Shown here: piece after piece, positions 25,259 to 35,420 of the stretch | Position numbering within the stretch: the first letter of the stretch is position 1 | Layout of the letters: every line of letters starts with the position of its first letter | Source of the DNA: an uncultured Candidatus Peribacteria bacterium | GTDB taxonomy: Bacteria; Patescibacteriota; Gracilibacteria; Peribacterales; Peribacteraceae | Length of the DNA: 64,000 bases | Direction of reading: 5' to 3' | Assembly: GCA_964649695.1 (NCBI GenBank) | Contig: CAZYQO010000004.1 | Coordinates: 89,394-153,393 of the forward strand | The notes under the pieces: model-generated | Told to the model about the DNA's origin: nothing | The model's input: only the letters and a program-made list of their open reading frames with translations | Database searches by the model: none | Translations under genes and position numbers: made by a program

Positions 25259-25993
25259 ATGCGTTTTTCCTTCAAGATCTACAAGACCCGACACAATTTC
25301 GTGCAGCAGGCCATTGCGGGCAAAAAGCTGCATCTGTTGGATGTGGGCAACCTGGGTGACGGCGAAAGCAATTGTCGCCTCCTGTATAAAGATGTGACCG
25401 ATGCCGGAGGTACCTATGCAGGGCTGGACAGCAACGAGGCGCTCACCCAGAAAATGAACCTGCCGGGACAGGTGGTGGGCGACCTTCATCATACGCCGTT
25501 TGAGAGCGACACCTTCGATGCCATCTATGCAGGCGAGATCATCGAGCACACCTGGACACCCGCCGTCATGATCGGTGAATGCCGACGGATCCTGAAGCCG
25601 GGAGGACTGCTGATCATCGACACCCCCAATGCGTTCAACATCGTCCATGTCGGCAGGTACCTGCGCTACGGCGAGGATTCGATGGGTGACATCCGCGTGC
25701 AGACCTATCACGAGGCGAAATGCGCGTTTACCGACCTGAAAGAACGGGGCGATGTGCTCCTGCAACCGCAGCACAAGATCTTCTACACGCCGGCCATGCT
25801 CAAACAGCTGCTGGAAACGCAGGGGTTTGTCATCGAGTCGATGGGCGTGACCCACAAGCCGGGATCCCTGCTGCACCGCTTCCTGCTGTGGCTCTTCCCG
25901 CAATGCGGGCGCCACCTGTGCTTTGTCGCCAGGAAGGCGACCGTCGACGATGCGTTTGCCGATGTGAAGGATCGCACCGACACCTTCAACTGA
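25259..25993 (+). CDS. class I SAM-dependent methyltransferase
   Basis: LLDVGNLGDG (motif I-like)...EIIEH...ILKPGGLLIIDTPN. Confidence 0.65.
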   Translation: MRFSFKIYKTRHNFVQQAIAGKKLHLLDVGNLGDGESNCRLLYKDVTDAGGTYAGLDSNEALTQKMNLPGQVVGDLHHTPFESDTFDAIYAGEIIEHTWTPAVMIGECRRILKPGGLLIIDTPNAFNIVHVGRYLRYGEDSMGDIRVQTYHEAKCAFTDLKERGDVLLQPQHKIFYTPAMLKQLLETQGFVIESMGVTHKPGSLLHRFLLWLFPQCGRHLCFVARKATVDDAFADVKDRTDTFN

Positions 25994-25996
25994 ACA

Positions 25997-27163
25997 ATGC
26001 GCCGCCCGTTTGTGCTCACGCCGGCAGCAACGGTGATCGCGGTTGCCCTGGCCGCGCTGTGCATCGCGGCAGTGACACTAAAGCCCTATGGCGGCAACCC
26101 CACGGCGCTGTTCCATCTCGACGACGCCATGGCCACGGCGCACCCGGTGCCTGCCGGATTTGTGGTGCTGCAGATGCCGGGCTATGACGGCATGCAGTAC
26201 TACCAAATCGCCCGTTCCCTGCCGCAGATCGCCGACCGATCGCAATGGCCGACGCTGGGTGCCGACACCCTCCCCGGCTCGTATGCCTATCAACGATTTT
26301 TGCTGCCGCTGGTCGCGGGAACGGTGTCGTTGGGCGACGCCGATGCGCTGCCGTGGGTGTTCCTCGCCATCAATCTCCTGAGCATCATCGCCGTTGTCGC
26401 GCTGTGCATGCGCGCCTTGCCCCATGCGCCGCTCGCCGCACTCACGCTGGGGCTTGGACCCGCGGCGCTCATCGGGCTGCATTTCTCCCTCGCCGAACCG
26501 CTCACCCTGTTGGTGCTGACGGCAGCGCTGCTCCGGATGCGGTCGGTCGGCCGCCTGGACTGGGCGGGTGCGCTACTTCTGGCACTGGGCATGCTCGCCC
26601 GTGAGATCAACATCCTGCTGCTTGTGGGCATCATCGGATGGCTGCTGCTGCAGCGCCGCTGGAAAGAACTGCCGTGGACGTTGTTGCCGTTGCTTGCATG
26701 GGTTGGGCTGCACAGCCTCATCTATGGCATCTTCGGCCAAATCCCCTTCCTCATGAGCGCCGCAAAGCACACGGTTCCCTTTGGGGCGATCGCCGAGCTC
26801 CTCACGGGAAAGCTTGGTCAGGGGATCCCCGCGCTGTCTTCGGCGGTGCTTCTGCTTGGATTTGTTGTGCCGGCGACGGTACTTATTGGCAGGCATGTAT
26901 GGGCAACGCGGAAAGCTCCTGACATGGAAGCGGTGGCTCTCCTCGGTTTCCTGTGCGTCATGCTGCTGATGCCCTCGTTCATCTGGGCGGCAATCACCAG
27001 TATTGGCCGCGTGATCACCCCGGTCTATCCGCTCTGGGCGATCCATGCCGCCACCCATCCCTCGCACAAAACACAATCCCTGAGCATCGCCCTGATCGTG
27101 ATCGGCCTCGTGACAGCCCTTGGTCTCGCCTCTACCATCCACCCCTTCGTCCTCGCCCCATGA
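25997..27163 (+). CDS. polytopic membrane protein, probable GT-C-type glycosyltransferase (alternatively a polymerase)
   Basis: About 10 TM helices. An early periplasmic loop with YDGMQYYQIA resembles the DG.wY..IA motif of PIG-V/GT87-like GT-C enzymes. Confidence 0.4.
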   Translation: MRRPFVLTPAATVIAVALAALCIAAVTLKPYGGNPTALFHLDDAMATAHPVPAGFVVLQMPGYDGMQYYQIARSLPQIADRSQWPTLGADTLPGSYAYQRFLLPLVAGTVSLGDADALPWVFLAINLLSIIAVVALCMRALPHAPLAALTLGLGPAALIGLHFSLAEPLTLLVLTAALLRMRSVGRLDWAGALLLALGMLAREINILLLVGIIGWLLLQRRWKELPWTLLPLLAWVGLHSLIYGIFGQIPFLMSAAKHTVPFGAIAELLTGKLGQGIPALSSAVLLLGFVVPATVLIGRHVWATRKAPDMEAVALLGFLCVMLLMPSFIWAAITSIGRVITPVYPLWAIHAATHPSHKTQSLSIALIVIGLVTALGLASTIHPFVLAP

Positions 27164-27855
27164 GCCCGCTTCTCACCATCATCGTCCCCGTCTACAACGA
27201 AGCAGCAACCGTCACGCGCATCATGGAATGCCTGCGCGATACCTGGCCGGATGCGGAACACATCTATGTGGACGACGGCTCCAAAGACGATTCATTGATG
27301 CTGCTGCGACAGCATGCCCGCCCCACCGACCAGGTGCTCACCAAGCCCAACGGAGGCAAGGGATCGGCGGTGCGCATGGGCATCGCCCACGCGACAGGGC
27401 AATACACCGTCATTCAGGACGCCGACCTGGAATACGATCCGAAAGAAATCGCACTGCTGCTCGACGATGCAAAAACACACCCCGGGTCGGTCATCTTCGG
27501 TTCGCGCTTTTTGAAACCCAACCCCAACCTCTACAAGCGCTACCTCATGGGCAACAAGGCCATGACCCTGCTGGTGAACATTCTCTACGGTGCCCGCCTC
27601 ACCGACAGCTACACCTGCTACAAACTGTTCGCCACGCCCGCACTGCAATCACTTCCCCTCACCGCGATGGGCTTCGAGCTGGAAGCCGAACTGTGCGCCA
27701 TGCCCCTGCTCCGGAGATGGGAGATCCGCGAGATCGCCGTAAGCTACAACCCCCGCAGCCTGGAAGAAGGCAAAAAGATCCGCTTCAAGGATGCTTGGAA
27801 AGGCGCCCTGACCCTCCTGCGTCTACGTCTGCGTGGTAGAGTGGCAGCACTATGA
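27160..27855 (+). CDS. GT2 polyprenol-phosphate-type glycosyltransferase
   Basis: From MSPLLTIIVPVYNEAATV...VDDGSKDDS...NGGKGSAV...IQDADLEYDP. ATGA overlap with the upstream stop. Confidence 0.8.
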   Translation: MSPLLTIIVPVYNEAATVTRIMECLRDTWPDAEHIYVDDGSKDDSLMLLRQHARPTDQVLTKPNGGKGSAVRMGIAHATGQYTVIQDADLEYDPKEIALLLDDAKTHPGSVIFGSRFLKPNPNLYKRYLMGNKAMTLLVNILYGARLTDSYTCYKLFATPALQSLPLTAMGFELEAELCAMPLLRRWEIREIAVSYNPRSLEEGKKIRFKDAWKGALTLLRLRLRGRVAAL

Positions 27856-29216
27856 CCATGCCCCGCGTCATCGGCTCGCTGCTCTCCATGCGTCTGGTTC
27901 GCGACATCCTCACGCTACAGGTGGGAGCGGTCATCAATATCGCCACGGCGCTGATCGGCTCGATTGTGTATGCGCGTCTGCTCGGGCTGTCGGGATACGG
28001 ACAGTACGCCATCGCATTGGCCTTCAGTGGCACGGCAAGTGCGCTGTTCAACGGCGGGCAAGCCTCGGCACTCACGACATTTCTCGCAGAGCAGCACGGC
28101 CGCAAAAGCCGCGAGGGCATGGGGCACGTGGCCGCGTACTACATCAGCATGAGTGCACTGACCGGCATCATACTTCTGGCGGTCGCCTGGTATGCACCGG
28201 TGCTGTGCGCACACTTGTACGGCAGCACCGAACTGGGTGTATTGGCACGGTTGGCCACGCTGATCGTGGTGCTCAACGCCATCTCGGGGCTGTTCCAGAG
28301 CCTGTTTCAAACCGTCCGTGAGATGCGCCTGTATGTGGGCATGGAACAGGGCAGCGCCGTCGCCCACCTGCTGCTTTCCAGCGCGCTGCTGCTGCACGGG
28401 GGAGGGGTGGCCAGCGTGTTCCAATCGAAGATCGCCCTGCAGCTGCTCAGTCTGCCGGTGTTCATCGTGCTCTATCGCGGCCTTCACAGGAGCCATGTGC
28501 TGCCATCCCTCGGGCAGATGCTGCATCTCGACGGCAAAAGCTGGCGGGAGTATTTCGTGCAGGGCATCTGGATCGGCATCGACAAGAACGTCAGCAACCT
28601 GTTCCCCAGCGGGCTGCTCTCGATCCTCCGTCTGTGGACATCCGACGCAGTAGTGGGTCTTGCCCGCATCGTCTTCCAGCTGGCCATGGTGCCCCGCTCC
28701 CTGCTGCTCAACCATGCCATGCAGATGAGCAACACGGTACTGCCCGCGCTCGCCGCCGGAGGACAAACGCTGCTGCGCCAAAGCGCGGTGAAGCTGCTCA
28801 AGCACACGCTGTTCCTGCACACGCTCATCAGCATTGCCTGCCTGGTCGCCCTGCCGCCGGCCGTGCTCTTTTTCTACGGCCTGCCCTACAGCGATGCGAT
28901 CGTGCCGTCGCTCTGGCTCATCCTCATCTCCATTCTTCCGGCCATGAGCGGCCAGAACCAGGCGCTCTTCCGGCTGCTGCGGCGCACATGGCTGTCGACG
29001 GCTGTCTCACTGCTGGCACTCGCATTGAGCATTGCGGTTCTGGTGGCATGTCTGCCCCTCACCTCGTCACTGAATGCCGTGCTGCTTTCCACCTTGGCCT
29101 ACTACCTGACCCAGCAGGCGGCCACGGTGATCCTCTACGCCAAACTCCTGAGGCATGCCCTGCCCAAGACGCACGAGACCGTCATCGATGTCCCCATGTC
29201 CGGAGGATCGCTGTGA
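27852..29216 (+). CDS. polysaccharide/oligosaccharide flippase (Wzx/MOP superfamily)
   Basis: 454 aa, 12 or more TM helices, N-terminal LVRDILTLQVGAVINIATALIGSIVYARLLG pattern. Confidence 0.65.
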   Translation: MTMPRVIGSLLSMRLVRDILTLQVGAVINIATALIGSIVYARLLGLSGYGQYAIALAFSGTASALFNGGQASALTTFLAEQHGRKSREGMGHVAAYYISMSALTGIILLAVAWYAPVLCAHLYGSTELGVLARLATLIVVLNAISGLFQSLFQTVREMRLYVGMEQGSAVAHLLLSSALLLHGGGVASVFQSKIALQLLSLPVFIVLYRGLHRSHVLPSLGQMLHLDGKSWREYFVQGIWIGIDKNVSNLFPSGLLSILRLWTSDAVVGLARIVFQLAMVPRSLLLNHAMQMSNTVLPALAAGGQTLLRQSAVKLLKHTLFLHTLISIACLVALPPAVLFFYGLPYSDAIVPSLWLILISILPAMSGQNQALFRLLRRTWLSTAVSLLALALSIAVLVACLPLTSSLNAVLLSTLAYYLTQQAATVILYAKLLRHALPKTHETVIDVPMSGGSL

Positions 29217-30267
29217 TCCTCTCCCCTGCATGACCGTCCCACAGCGGAGGAATCTGCCCCACGGGAGCCGACGGAGCGGCTGCCCACGCACGGATCTTTT
29301 CCAGGTGCGCAGGATTGCCGAGATCCACCAGCTCATTGGAACCGACGGTGCAGGTGACGGGACGCTCGGTATTGGGACGCGCGGTAAAACACTTCTTCTG
29401 CAGATAGGTGGTCTCCTCCTGAATCCCGCCGCTGTCTGTCAGGACAAAGTGCGCATCGAGCACAAGGCGCAGAAACGACAGATACGGCTGCGGATCGATG
29501 CATTGCACCGCCTTGGTCAGCCGCTCCTCCAGACCGGCATCTTTCAGTTTTGCACGTGTGCGCAGATGCACGGGGAAAATGAGGGGCATGGTGGCGCTGA
29601 GATTTTCGAGCACCCCCACGATCCTTGCGAGCGAGGAGGGATCATCGACATTGCCGGGACGATGCAGGGTGAGGATGCCGTAGCGCGGGGGCACGGGCAC
29701 CGGCAGAGGCAACGCCCGCACGGAGGGCAGCATCCGGATGAGGGTGTCGATCATGGTATTGCCGACAAAATGCACCGTACCTTTGGCGCCGTCCTCCTGG
29801 AGATGCTTCAGTCCCGACTCCTCCGTGACAAACAACAGTGTGGCCAACGAATCGATGGCGATACGGTTTACCTCTTCCGGCATGGAAAGATCGCCGGAGC
29901 GAAGACCTGCTTCAATGTGGGCGACCGGAATCCCCAGCGCGGTTGCGGCGCGAGCGGAAGCCACCGCCCCGTTCACATCCCCGTACACCAGCACGATATC
30001 TGGCCTCTCGCGCTGGAGCACCCCTCCAACCCCCTCCATCACACGCTGCTGCTGCTCCTCATTGGTACCGCCGTGAATGTCGAGATTGATGGCGGGCAGC
30101 GGCACACCCAGCTGCTCAAAGAACACGTCGGAAAACAGCGGATCATGATGCTGACCGGTATGCACCACCACATGTTCATGCGGCCAGTCGGCGGCCTTGA
30201 GGGCGTGGTAGACCGACGCGAGCTTCACGAAGTTTGGCCGGGCGGAGACGACGGAGAGGAGTTTCAT
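29182..30267 (-). CDS. wecB: UDP-N-acetylglucosamine 2-epimerase (non-hydrolysing; WecB/WbpI-like)
   Basis: From MKLLSVVSARPNFVKLASV...HTGQHHD...GDVNG...EAGLRSGD. Confidence 0.85.
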   Translation of the reverse strand: MKLLSVVSARPNFVKLASVYHALKAADWPHEHVVVHTGQHHDPLFSDVFFEQLGVPLPAINLDIHGGTNEEQQQRVMEGVGGVLQRERPDIVLVYGDVNGAVASARAATALGIPVAHIEAGLRSGDLSMPEEVNRIAIDSLATLLFVTEESGLKHLQEDGAKGTVHFVGNTMIDTLIRMLPSVRALPLPVPVPPRYGILTLHRPGNVDDPSSLARIVGVLENLSATMPLIFPVHLRTRAKLKDAGLEERLTKAVQCIDPQPYLSFLRLVLDAHFVLTDSGGIQEETTYLQKKCFTARPNTERPVTCTVGSNELVDLGNPAHLEKIRAWAAAPSAPVGQIPPLWDGHAGERITAILRTWGHR

Positions 30268-31418
30268 GTGTGAGGGAGGATACGCTCCATGCGCTCCGTC
30301 CACAGGAAGTGTTGGACGTGCATTGCGGCTCGCTTGGCAACATGGTCGGCATGGGTCGGATGCGAGAGCACTCCTGCGGTCGCAAGCGCGAGACTGTGGG
30401 CATCGCCCGGCTTGAAGAAGTCCGCTGTGTCACCCGACAGGAGATCATGCACGGGCGGGAGATCGGCGCAAATGATGGGCTTGCCTACCGCCATGTACTC
30501 CAACAGTTTGAGCGGCGACGTATCGCGTTGAAAATACGGATGCATGGAAGCGGGTGCGGGGTAGACGAGAATATCCGATGCGGCATAGACCGCAGGTACC
30601 GTGGCATGAGGAACCGCCCCCAGGAAGACCAGGGCGTCGCTCACGCCTCTCTCTTCCGCAAGACGATGCAACGCCTCCACCGATGACTGTGGGCCACCGG
30701 CAATGAGCGCCTTGATATGGGGGTAGTCGGCACGGAGCAGCGCCACGGCCTCCACGATCACTTCCACACCCTTCGAAAGCCCCATGGTATGGAGCGAGCC
30801 GGCATAGCCGAGCACCTGATCCGTTTCCGAGATACCCCACTGCCTGCGGGCGGCACCGCCATCGGGAAGCGCGGCGAAAGGAGCAAGATCCACACCGTCA
30901 GGCTCCACGCACAACACTTCCTCCGGGACACCCCATCGCAACAACTCATTTCTCATGGGTGTCGTGAGACAGACAACCTTCTTGCAGCGCCGAAGCAGCG
31001 CGGCAAATCCCCCGCGTCCGAACCTGGGCAAGGTATGCAGTTCCATCACTGTGGGAATACCCGAACGCAGCAGCGCTGACAGCAACGCCGGCGTGCGGGT
31101 GTACAGAACATCAAACCTGTCTGCAGTGAGTTCTCGACGCAGCAGGCGGATGAAGCTCCATGTATGCAACTTGAGCCCGATGACGCCGGGGGTGAACGGC
31201 GAGGCGATCCCGTCGAAGGCAGGAAGCTTGTGCATGCCGATCTCACGCCGGGCGCGGTGGTATTCCCAGAAATCCTCACGAATCGGATTGTCGCGATCAG
31301 GACAGAGGATGGTGACCTGGTGCCCGTTTGCCACCAATGCATCACAGACCCTGGCCACCTGATGGCCATAGGCGCGTTCACTGGGGAGCCGGAGGGCTGC
31401 GATATAGCCGATCCTCAT
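30264..31418 (-). CDS. GT4 glycosyltransferase (GT-B fold)
   Basis: From MRIGYIAALRLPSERAYGHQV.... C-terminal SPLKLLEYMAVGKPII EX7E-type motif. Confidence 0.75.
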   Translation of the reverse strand: MRIGYIAALRLPSERAYGHQVARVCDALVANGHQVTILCPDRDNPIREDFWEYHRARREIGMHKLPAFDGIASPFTPGVIGLKLHTWSFIRLLRRELTADRFDVLYTRTPALLSALLRSGIPTVMELHTLPRFGRGGFAALLRRCKKVVCLTTPMRNELLRWGVPEEVLCVEPDGVDLAPFAALPDGGAARRQWGISETDQVLGYAGSLHTMGLSKGVEVIVEAVALLRADYPHIKALIAGGPQSSVEALHRLAEERGVSDALVFLGAVPHATVPAVYAASDILVYPAPASMHPYFQRDTSPLKLLEYMAVGKPIICADLPPVHDLLSGDTADFFKPGDAHSLALATAGVLSHPTHADHVAKRAAMHVQHFLWTERMERILPHT

Positions 31419-31497
31419 GGGAGGAGTGTAAAGAAAGCCCCCCAAAAGAACGAGGGGGACTGGGCGGGAAACCGCCCCCCTGCTAGGCTGCAGCCCA

Positions 31498-32505
31498 ATG
31501 CAACCCGTCGGTACCGCCGTCATCGGACTGGGCTATTGGGGCCCGAATATGCTGCGCAACTTCGCGCAGTGCCCGGATATGCGCCTCATCGCGGCCTGCG
31601 ACATGCGCGAGGAGCGCCTGGCCATGTTCCGTCCCATGTATTCCGCAACGGAGTTCACCACGAAAGTGGAGGACATTTTCCGGAACCCCGCCATCGAGGC
31701 GGTCTCCATTGCCACTCCGCTCTCGACACACTTCGACCTCGTGAAAGCCGCGCTTCTTGCGGGCAAGCATGTGCTCGTCGAAAAGCCGCTGACCCAGAGC
31801 TCCGCCCAGGCAGCCGAACTGATAGAGCTCGCACGGGAGAAGAAGCTGCAGCTGCTCGTCGACCATACCTTCATCTACGAAGACGCCGTCAGGCAGATCC
31901 GCGACTATGTGACCCAGGGTACGATCGGCAAACCCCTGTACTTCGATTCCACGCGCATCAACCTCGGTCTCATTCAGCGCGACACCAACGTGCTGTGGGA
32001 TTTGGCCATCCATGACCTCTCGATCCTCAACCACTGCAAACCCCTGTCCGATGTGAAGCATGTGCTGGCCTACGGCCAGAAGCACCACACCGACCAGGTG
32101 GAAATGGCGCATCTGCACCTGGAATACGCCGACGGCTTCTGTGCACATATCCATGTCAGCTGGCTGTCACCGGTGAAGATCCGCCAGACCCTGATCGGCG
32201 GCACGGAGAAGATGATCACCTACAACGACAACGACCCGTCCGAGAAGGTGCGCCTCTACGACAAGGGTGTGACGGTGACGAAGGAAGAGCAGAGCTTCGC
32301 CATGCCGGTATACCGCAGCGGCGATGTGCTGATCCCCCGCCTCAAGACCGTCGAACCGCTCAAGGTGCTCGCCAGCCACTTCGCCAAATGCGTGCGCGGC
32401 GAAGAGCAGCCGCTCACCCCTGCCACCAACTCCAAGCTGATCATCGAGATTCTGGAGCTTGCCGACCGGTCGATGCACGACGGCCATTCCGTTTCCCGCC
32501 CATGA
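31498..32505 (+). CDS. Gfo/Idh/MocA-family NAD-dependent sugar oxidoreductase (WbpB-like)
   Basis: VIGLGYWGPN Rossmann motif and the VLVEKPL motif. Confidence 0.75.
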   Translation: MQPVGTAVIGLGYWGPNMLRNFAQCPDMRLIAACDMREERLAMFRPMYSATEFTTKVEDIFRNPAIEAVSIATPLSTHFDLVKAALLAGKHVLVEKPLTQSSAQAAELIELAREKKLQLLVDHTFIYEDAVRQIRDYVTQGTIGKPLYFDSTRINLGLIQRDTNVLWDLAIHDLSILNHCKPLSDVKHVLAYGQKHHTDQVEMAHLHLEYADGFCAHIHVSWLSPVKIRQTLIGGTEKMITYNDNDPSEKVRLYDKGVTVTKEEQSFAMPVYRSGDVLIPRLKTVEPLKVLASHFAKCVRGEEQPLTPATNSKLIIEILELADRSMHDGHSVSRP

Positions 32506-33617
32506 CCCCCGTCCCCTTTGTCGACCTGCAGGCTCAGTACCGCTCGCTCAAAGAGGAGCTGCGACCACAAATCGATTCCGTGTTGGACAACGCCCAGTTC
32601 ATCCTGGGTCCCAAGGTTGTCGCGTTCGAAGAGGCGTTTGCCCGCTACTGTGGCACCACCTACTCGGTCGCGTTGAACTCCGGCACCGCGGCACTGCAGC
32701 TGCTCCTGCGCGCCTACGGAATCCGCCCGGGAGATGAAGTGATCCTGCCGGCCAACACCTTCTTCGCCACGGCGGAATCGGTGCTGCTCGAAGGAGCCAC
32801 GCCCGTGCTTGTGGACTGCGAAGAGAGCAGCGCCCTCATCGACGTGGAAAAGATCCGCGCGGCCATGACGCCAAAGACGAAGATGATCATCCCGGTGCAT
32901 CTGTACGGCCAGCCGTGTGATATGGAGGAAATCTCCACGCTTGCGCGCGAAGCAGGAGTGACAGTGATTGAAGATGCCTGCCAAGGGCACGGTGCCACCT
33001 ACAAGGGAATGCGCGCCGGCAGCCTTGCCGACAGCGCGGCATTCAGCTTCTACCCCGGCAAGAACCTGGGAGCCTACGGCGATGGAGGGGGCATCACGAC
33101 CAACAATGACGGCATCAACCGCATGGTGCGCATGCTCCGCGACCACGGCTGCGAGAAGCGCTACCACCACGAAGTCGTCGGCTGGAACGAGCGCCTCGAC
33201 GGCATCCAGGGCGCCGTGCTCGGCGTAAAGCTCCCCTATCTCGACAAGTGGAACGCGCTGCGGCGCAGCCATGCAGCCGCCTACCGTGAGCGCCTGGCCG
33301 GCGTGGGTGACATCCGCTTCATCGAGGAGAAGCCCGACCGCGAGGGGGTGTATCACCTCATGGTGATCCGCACCGACCGCCGCGACGAACTGCAGGGGTA
33401 CCTGGCCACCAAGGAAATCCAGACCGGCATCCATTACCCCATCCCCCTCCACCAGCAGAAGGCGATGGCGGGCTGCGGCTACAAGACCGGTGATTTTCCG
33501 GCAGCCGAAACCCTTGCGCGGCAGATCCTTTCGATTCCCATGTTCCCGGAGCTCACCATCGCACAAATCGACACGGTGAGTGACGCGATCCGCGGGTTCT
33601 TTACCGGCCGCGCCTAA
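32502..33617 (+). CDS. DegT/DnrJ/EryC1/StrS-family sugar aminotransferase (WbpE-like)
   Basis: From MTPVPFVDLQAQYRSLKEEL...FE..FA.YCG...NSGTAAL. ATGA overlap with the upstream stop. Confidence 0.85.
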   Translation: MTPVPFVDLQAQYRSLKEELRPQIDSVLDNAQFILGPKVVAFEEAFARYCGTTYSVALNSGTAALQLLLRAYGIRPGDEVILPANTFFATAESVLLEGATPVLVDCEESSALIDVEKIRAAMTPKTKMIIPVHLYGQPCDMEEISTLAREAGVTVIEDACQGHGATYKGMRAGSLADSAAFSFYPGKNLGAYGDGGGITTNNDGINRMVRMLRDHGCEKRYHHEVVGWNERLDGIQGAVLGVKLPYLDKWNALRRSHAAAYRERLAGVGDIRFIEEKPDREGVYHLMVIRTDRRDELQGYLATKEIQTGIHYPIPLHQQKAMAGCGYKTGDFPAAETLARQILSIPMFPELTIAQIDTVSDAIRGFFTGRA

Positions 33618-34401
33618 ACGGGCTGGTACGGATCATGATCTGGAGCGCGTACCAGATGTTGAGCCATTCGTAGGCAAGAGGCAGATGGAGACTGCGGGGA
33701 TGGCGGATTCGGCTCCAGAAGATGCGCGCGACCCTGCCGGCGATGCGCACGCTTTTGTGCCACACCATGTACCACCAGTGCCCGGCTCCGCGCCGTTGCT
33801 CGGCACTGATTTCCAGTGCGAGGTAGCGCTCGTACTTCCTGCGCAGATCGGGGATGGGATCAAGCGGCACAAACTGGATGCCCGGCAACACCTGGGGCAC
33901 CACACCGGGACGCAGCGCGGGGCGCTCGTGCACCACCTTCACAAACCCGTCGATGGCATCGCGGTGCCATAAGCGGATCTGCCAGTTGGGGTAGGCGGAG
34001 GCATACTCCACCTCCCTGCCCTGATAGGTGTAGCGACGGTTTACGTAGTAGGCGCCCACACGATGTTCGCGGATCACGCGCTGCATTTCGTCGATCAGCG
34101 CACGATCCAGATGCTCGTCGCTGTCGGTGATCATCACCCACTCTTCCTTCGCCTCTCCGATGCCCTGGTTGGTGATGCCGGCATAATCGACGATGCGTCC
34201 CTCGGCATTCAAAAAACGCGTCTCCTGGGGCACGACCCGGCAACCGTACTCCGTCCCCAGCTCCACGGATCCGTCCGTGGATCCTCCGTCCAGCAGCACA
34301 TGCTCACGGCAAAACAGGCACGAGTCGAGGCATGCCCGCAGTGACGGCATACTGTTGCGTATGAAGGTGAGCGCGGTGCAGGGCGTGTCTCCTCTGGTCA
34401 T
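33601..34401 (-). CDS. GT2 glycosyltransferase
   Basis: LLDGGSTDGS...ITDSDE motifs. Its 3' end overlaps the convergent aminotransferase gene by 17 nt. Confidence 0.65.
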   Translation of the reverse strand: MTRGDTPCTALTFIRNSMPSLRACLDSCLFCREHVLLDGGSTDGSVELGTEYGCRVVPQETRFLNAEGRIVDYAGITNQGIGEAKEEWVMITDSDEHLDRALIDEMQRVIREHRVGAYYVNRRYTYQGREVEYASAYPNWQIRLWHRDAIDGFVKVVHERPALRPGVVPQVLPGIQFVPLDPIPDLRRKYERYLALEISAEQRRGAGHWWYMVWHKSVRIAGRVARIFWSRIRHPRSLHLPLAYEWLNIWYALQIMIRTSPFRRGR

Positions 34402-35420
34402 CGGGCGGCGGCAATGAAGCTATCCATCTTGGCAACAAGCGAAGGCAGGCTGTGGCGCTCCTGCACGATCGCATACAACTCTTCCCCTGTCACAGGCGAC
34501 GCGGCAATCGCTTCGCGGATGAATGCCGCAACACCCTCGGGGGTGTCGCTTGTGGGGCACATCTGCAGACCAATGGCGGCGGCATTGCGCGGGGTGACCA
34601 CAGGGATACACCCGCAGGTCATCGACTCCAACATGGTCTTGTCGATGGTTTCGGTTGCCATGTTCAGAATGAAACGGTGCCGGGCATACAGAGCGGGAAG
34701 GTCTTTCATGGGAATCGTTCCATGGAACGTCACGCGCGCAGACAACCCAAGCTGCGATACCAGCGTCTTGAGCTCGGCGACATAGTCGGGCTCAGCCTCA
34801 ATGCCGTAGATATCCAGCGTGCAATCGGGCAGAAGCAGCAGTGCACGCAGACTGATTTCCACCCGCTTACTTCGCGACAAGCGGTGCACCGTCAGCAGAC
34901 GCGTGGGATCTGTGCAGGCATTGTCGCGGCGTGGCCAGAAGCGCAGATCGATGCCATGCCCCACCACCACCTTCTTCGGTGAGGCGTCATACTGCGGCAG
35001 GCTTTGAGGAGTGGCGCAGAACATGCGGCGCGCATAGTGCCCAAGCATCCAGAGGCCTGCCTGCATCTTGTAATGCGTGTACCACAGGTAGACGGGAGTG
35101 CGTGCCGGGATCCAGAGCCATGCGCCGAGCAGCCCCCACACAGGAGCCATGTGGATGAACACACGGTCGTATCGCAGTGTCGCGATGAGCTTCCAAAAGG
35201 CGAGAATCTGACGGATCTTCCCCGCCCCGTTCTCCTTGCCGAGTGAATGCACTGTGAATGCAAACGGCTCCGTGCGACCGAGAGCCTGCATACCTTCCTG
35301 CACACGCGCCTCCAGACACACCACGTGTACCTCGTAACCGCGGCGCACAAATTCCTCCGCCCAGAGCGCCCCGAAGGCGTCCTGGCCGTGGATCTTCTGT
35401 GTGATGAACAGCAACTTCAT
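34398..35420 (-). CDS. GT4-like glycosyltransferase
   Basis: GT-B C-terminal motif FILNMATETIDKTMLESMTCGCIPVV. Confidence 0.65.
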   Translation of the reverse strand: MKLLFITQKIHGQDAFGALWAEEFVRRGYEVHVVCLEARVQEGMQALGRTEPFAFTVHSLGKENGAGKIRQILAFWKLIATLRYDRVFIHMAPVWGLLGAWLWIPARTPVYLWYTHYKMQAGLWMLGHYARRMFCATPQSLPQYDASPKKVVVGHGIDLRFWPRRDNACTDPTRLLTVHRLSRSKRVEISLRALLLLPDCTLDIYGIEAEPDYVAELKTLVSQLGLSARVTFHGTIPMKDLPALYARHRFILNMATETIDKTMLESMTCGCIPVVTPRNAAAIGLQMCPTSDTPEGVAAFIREAIAASPVTGEELYAIVQERHSLPSLVAKMDSFIAAAR

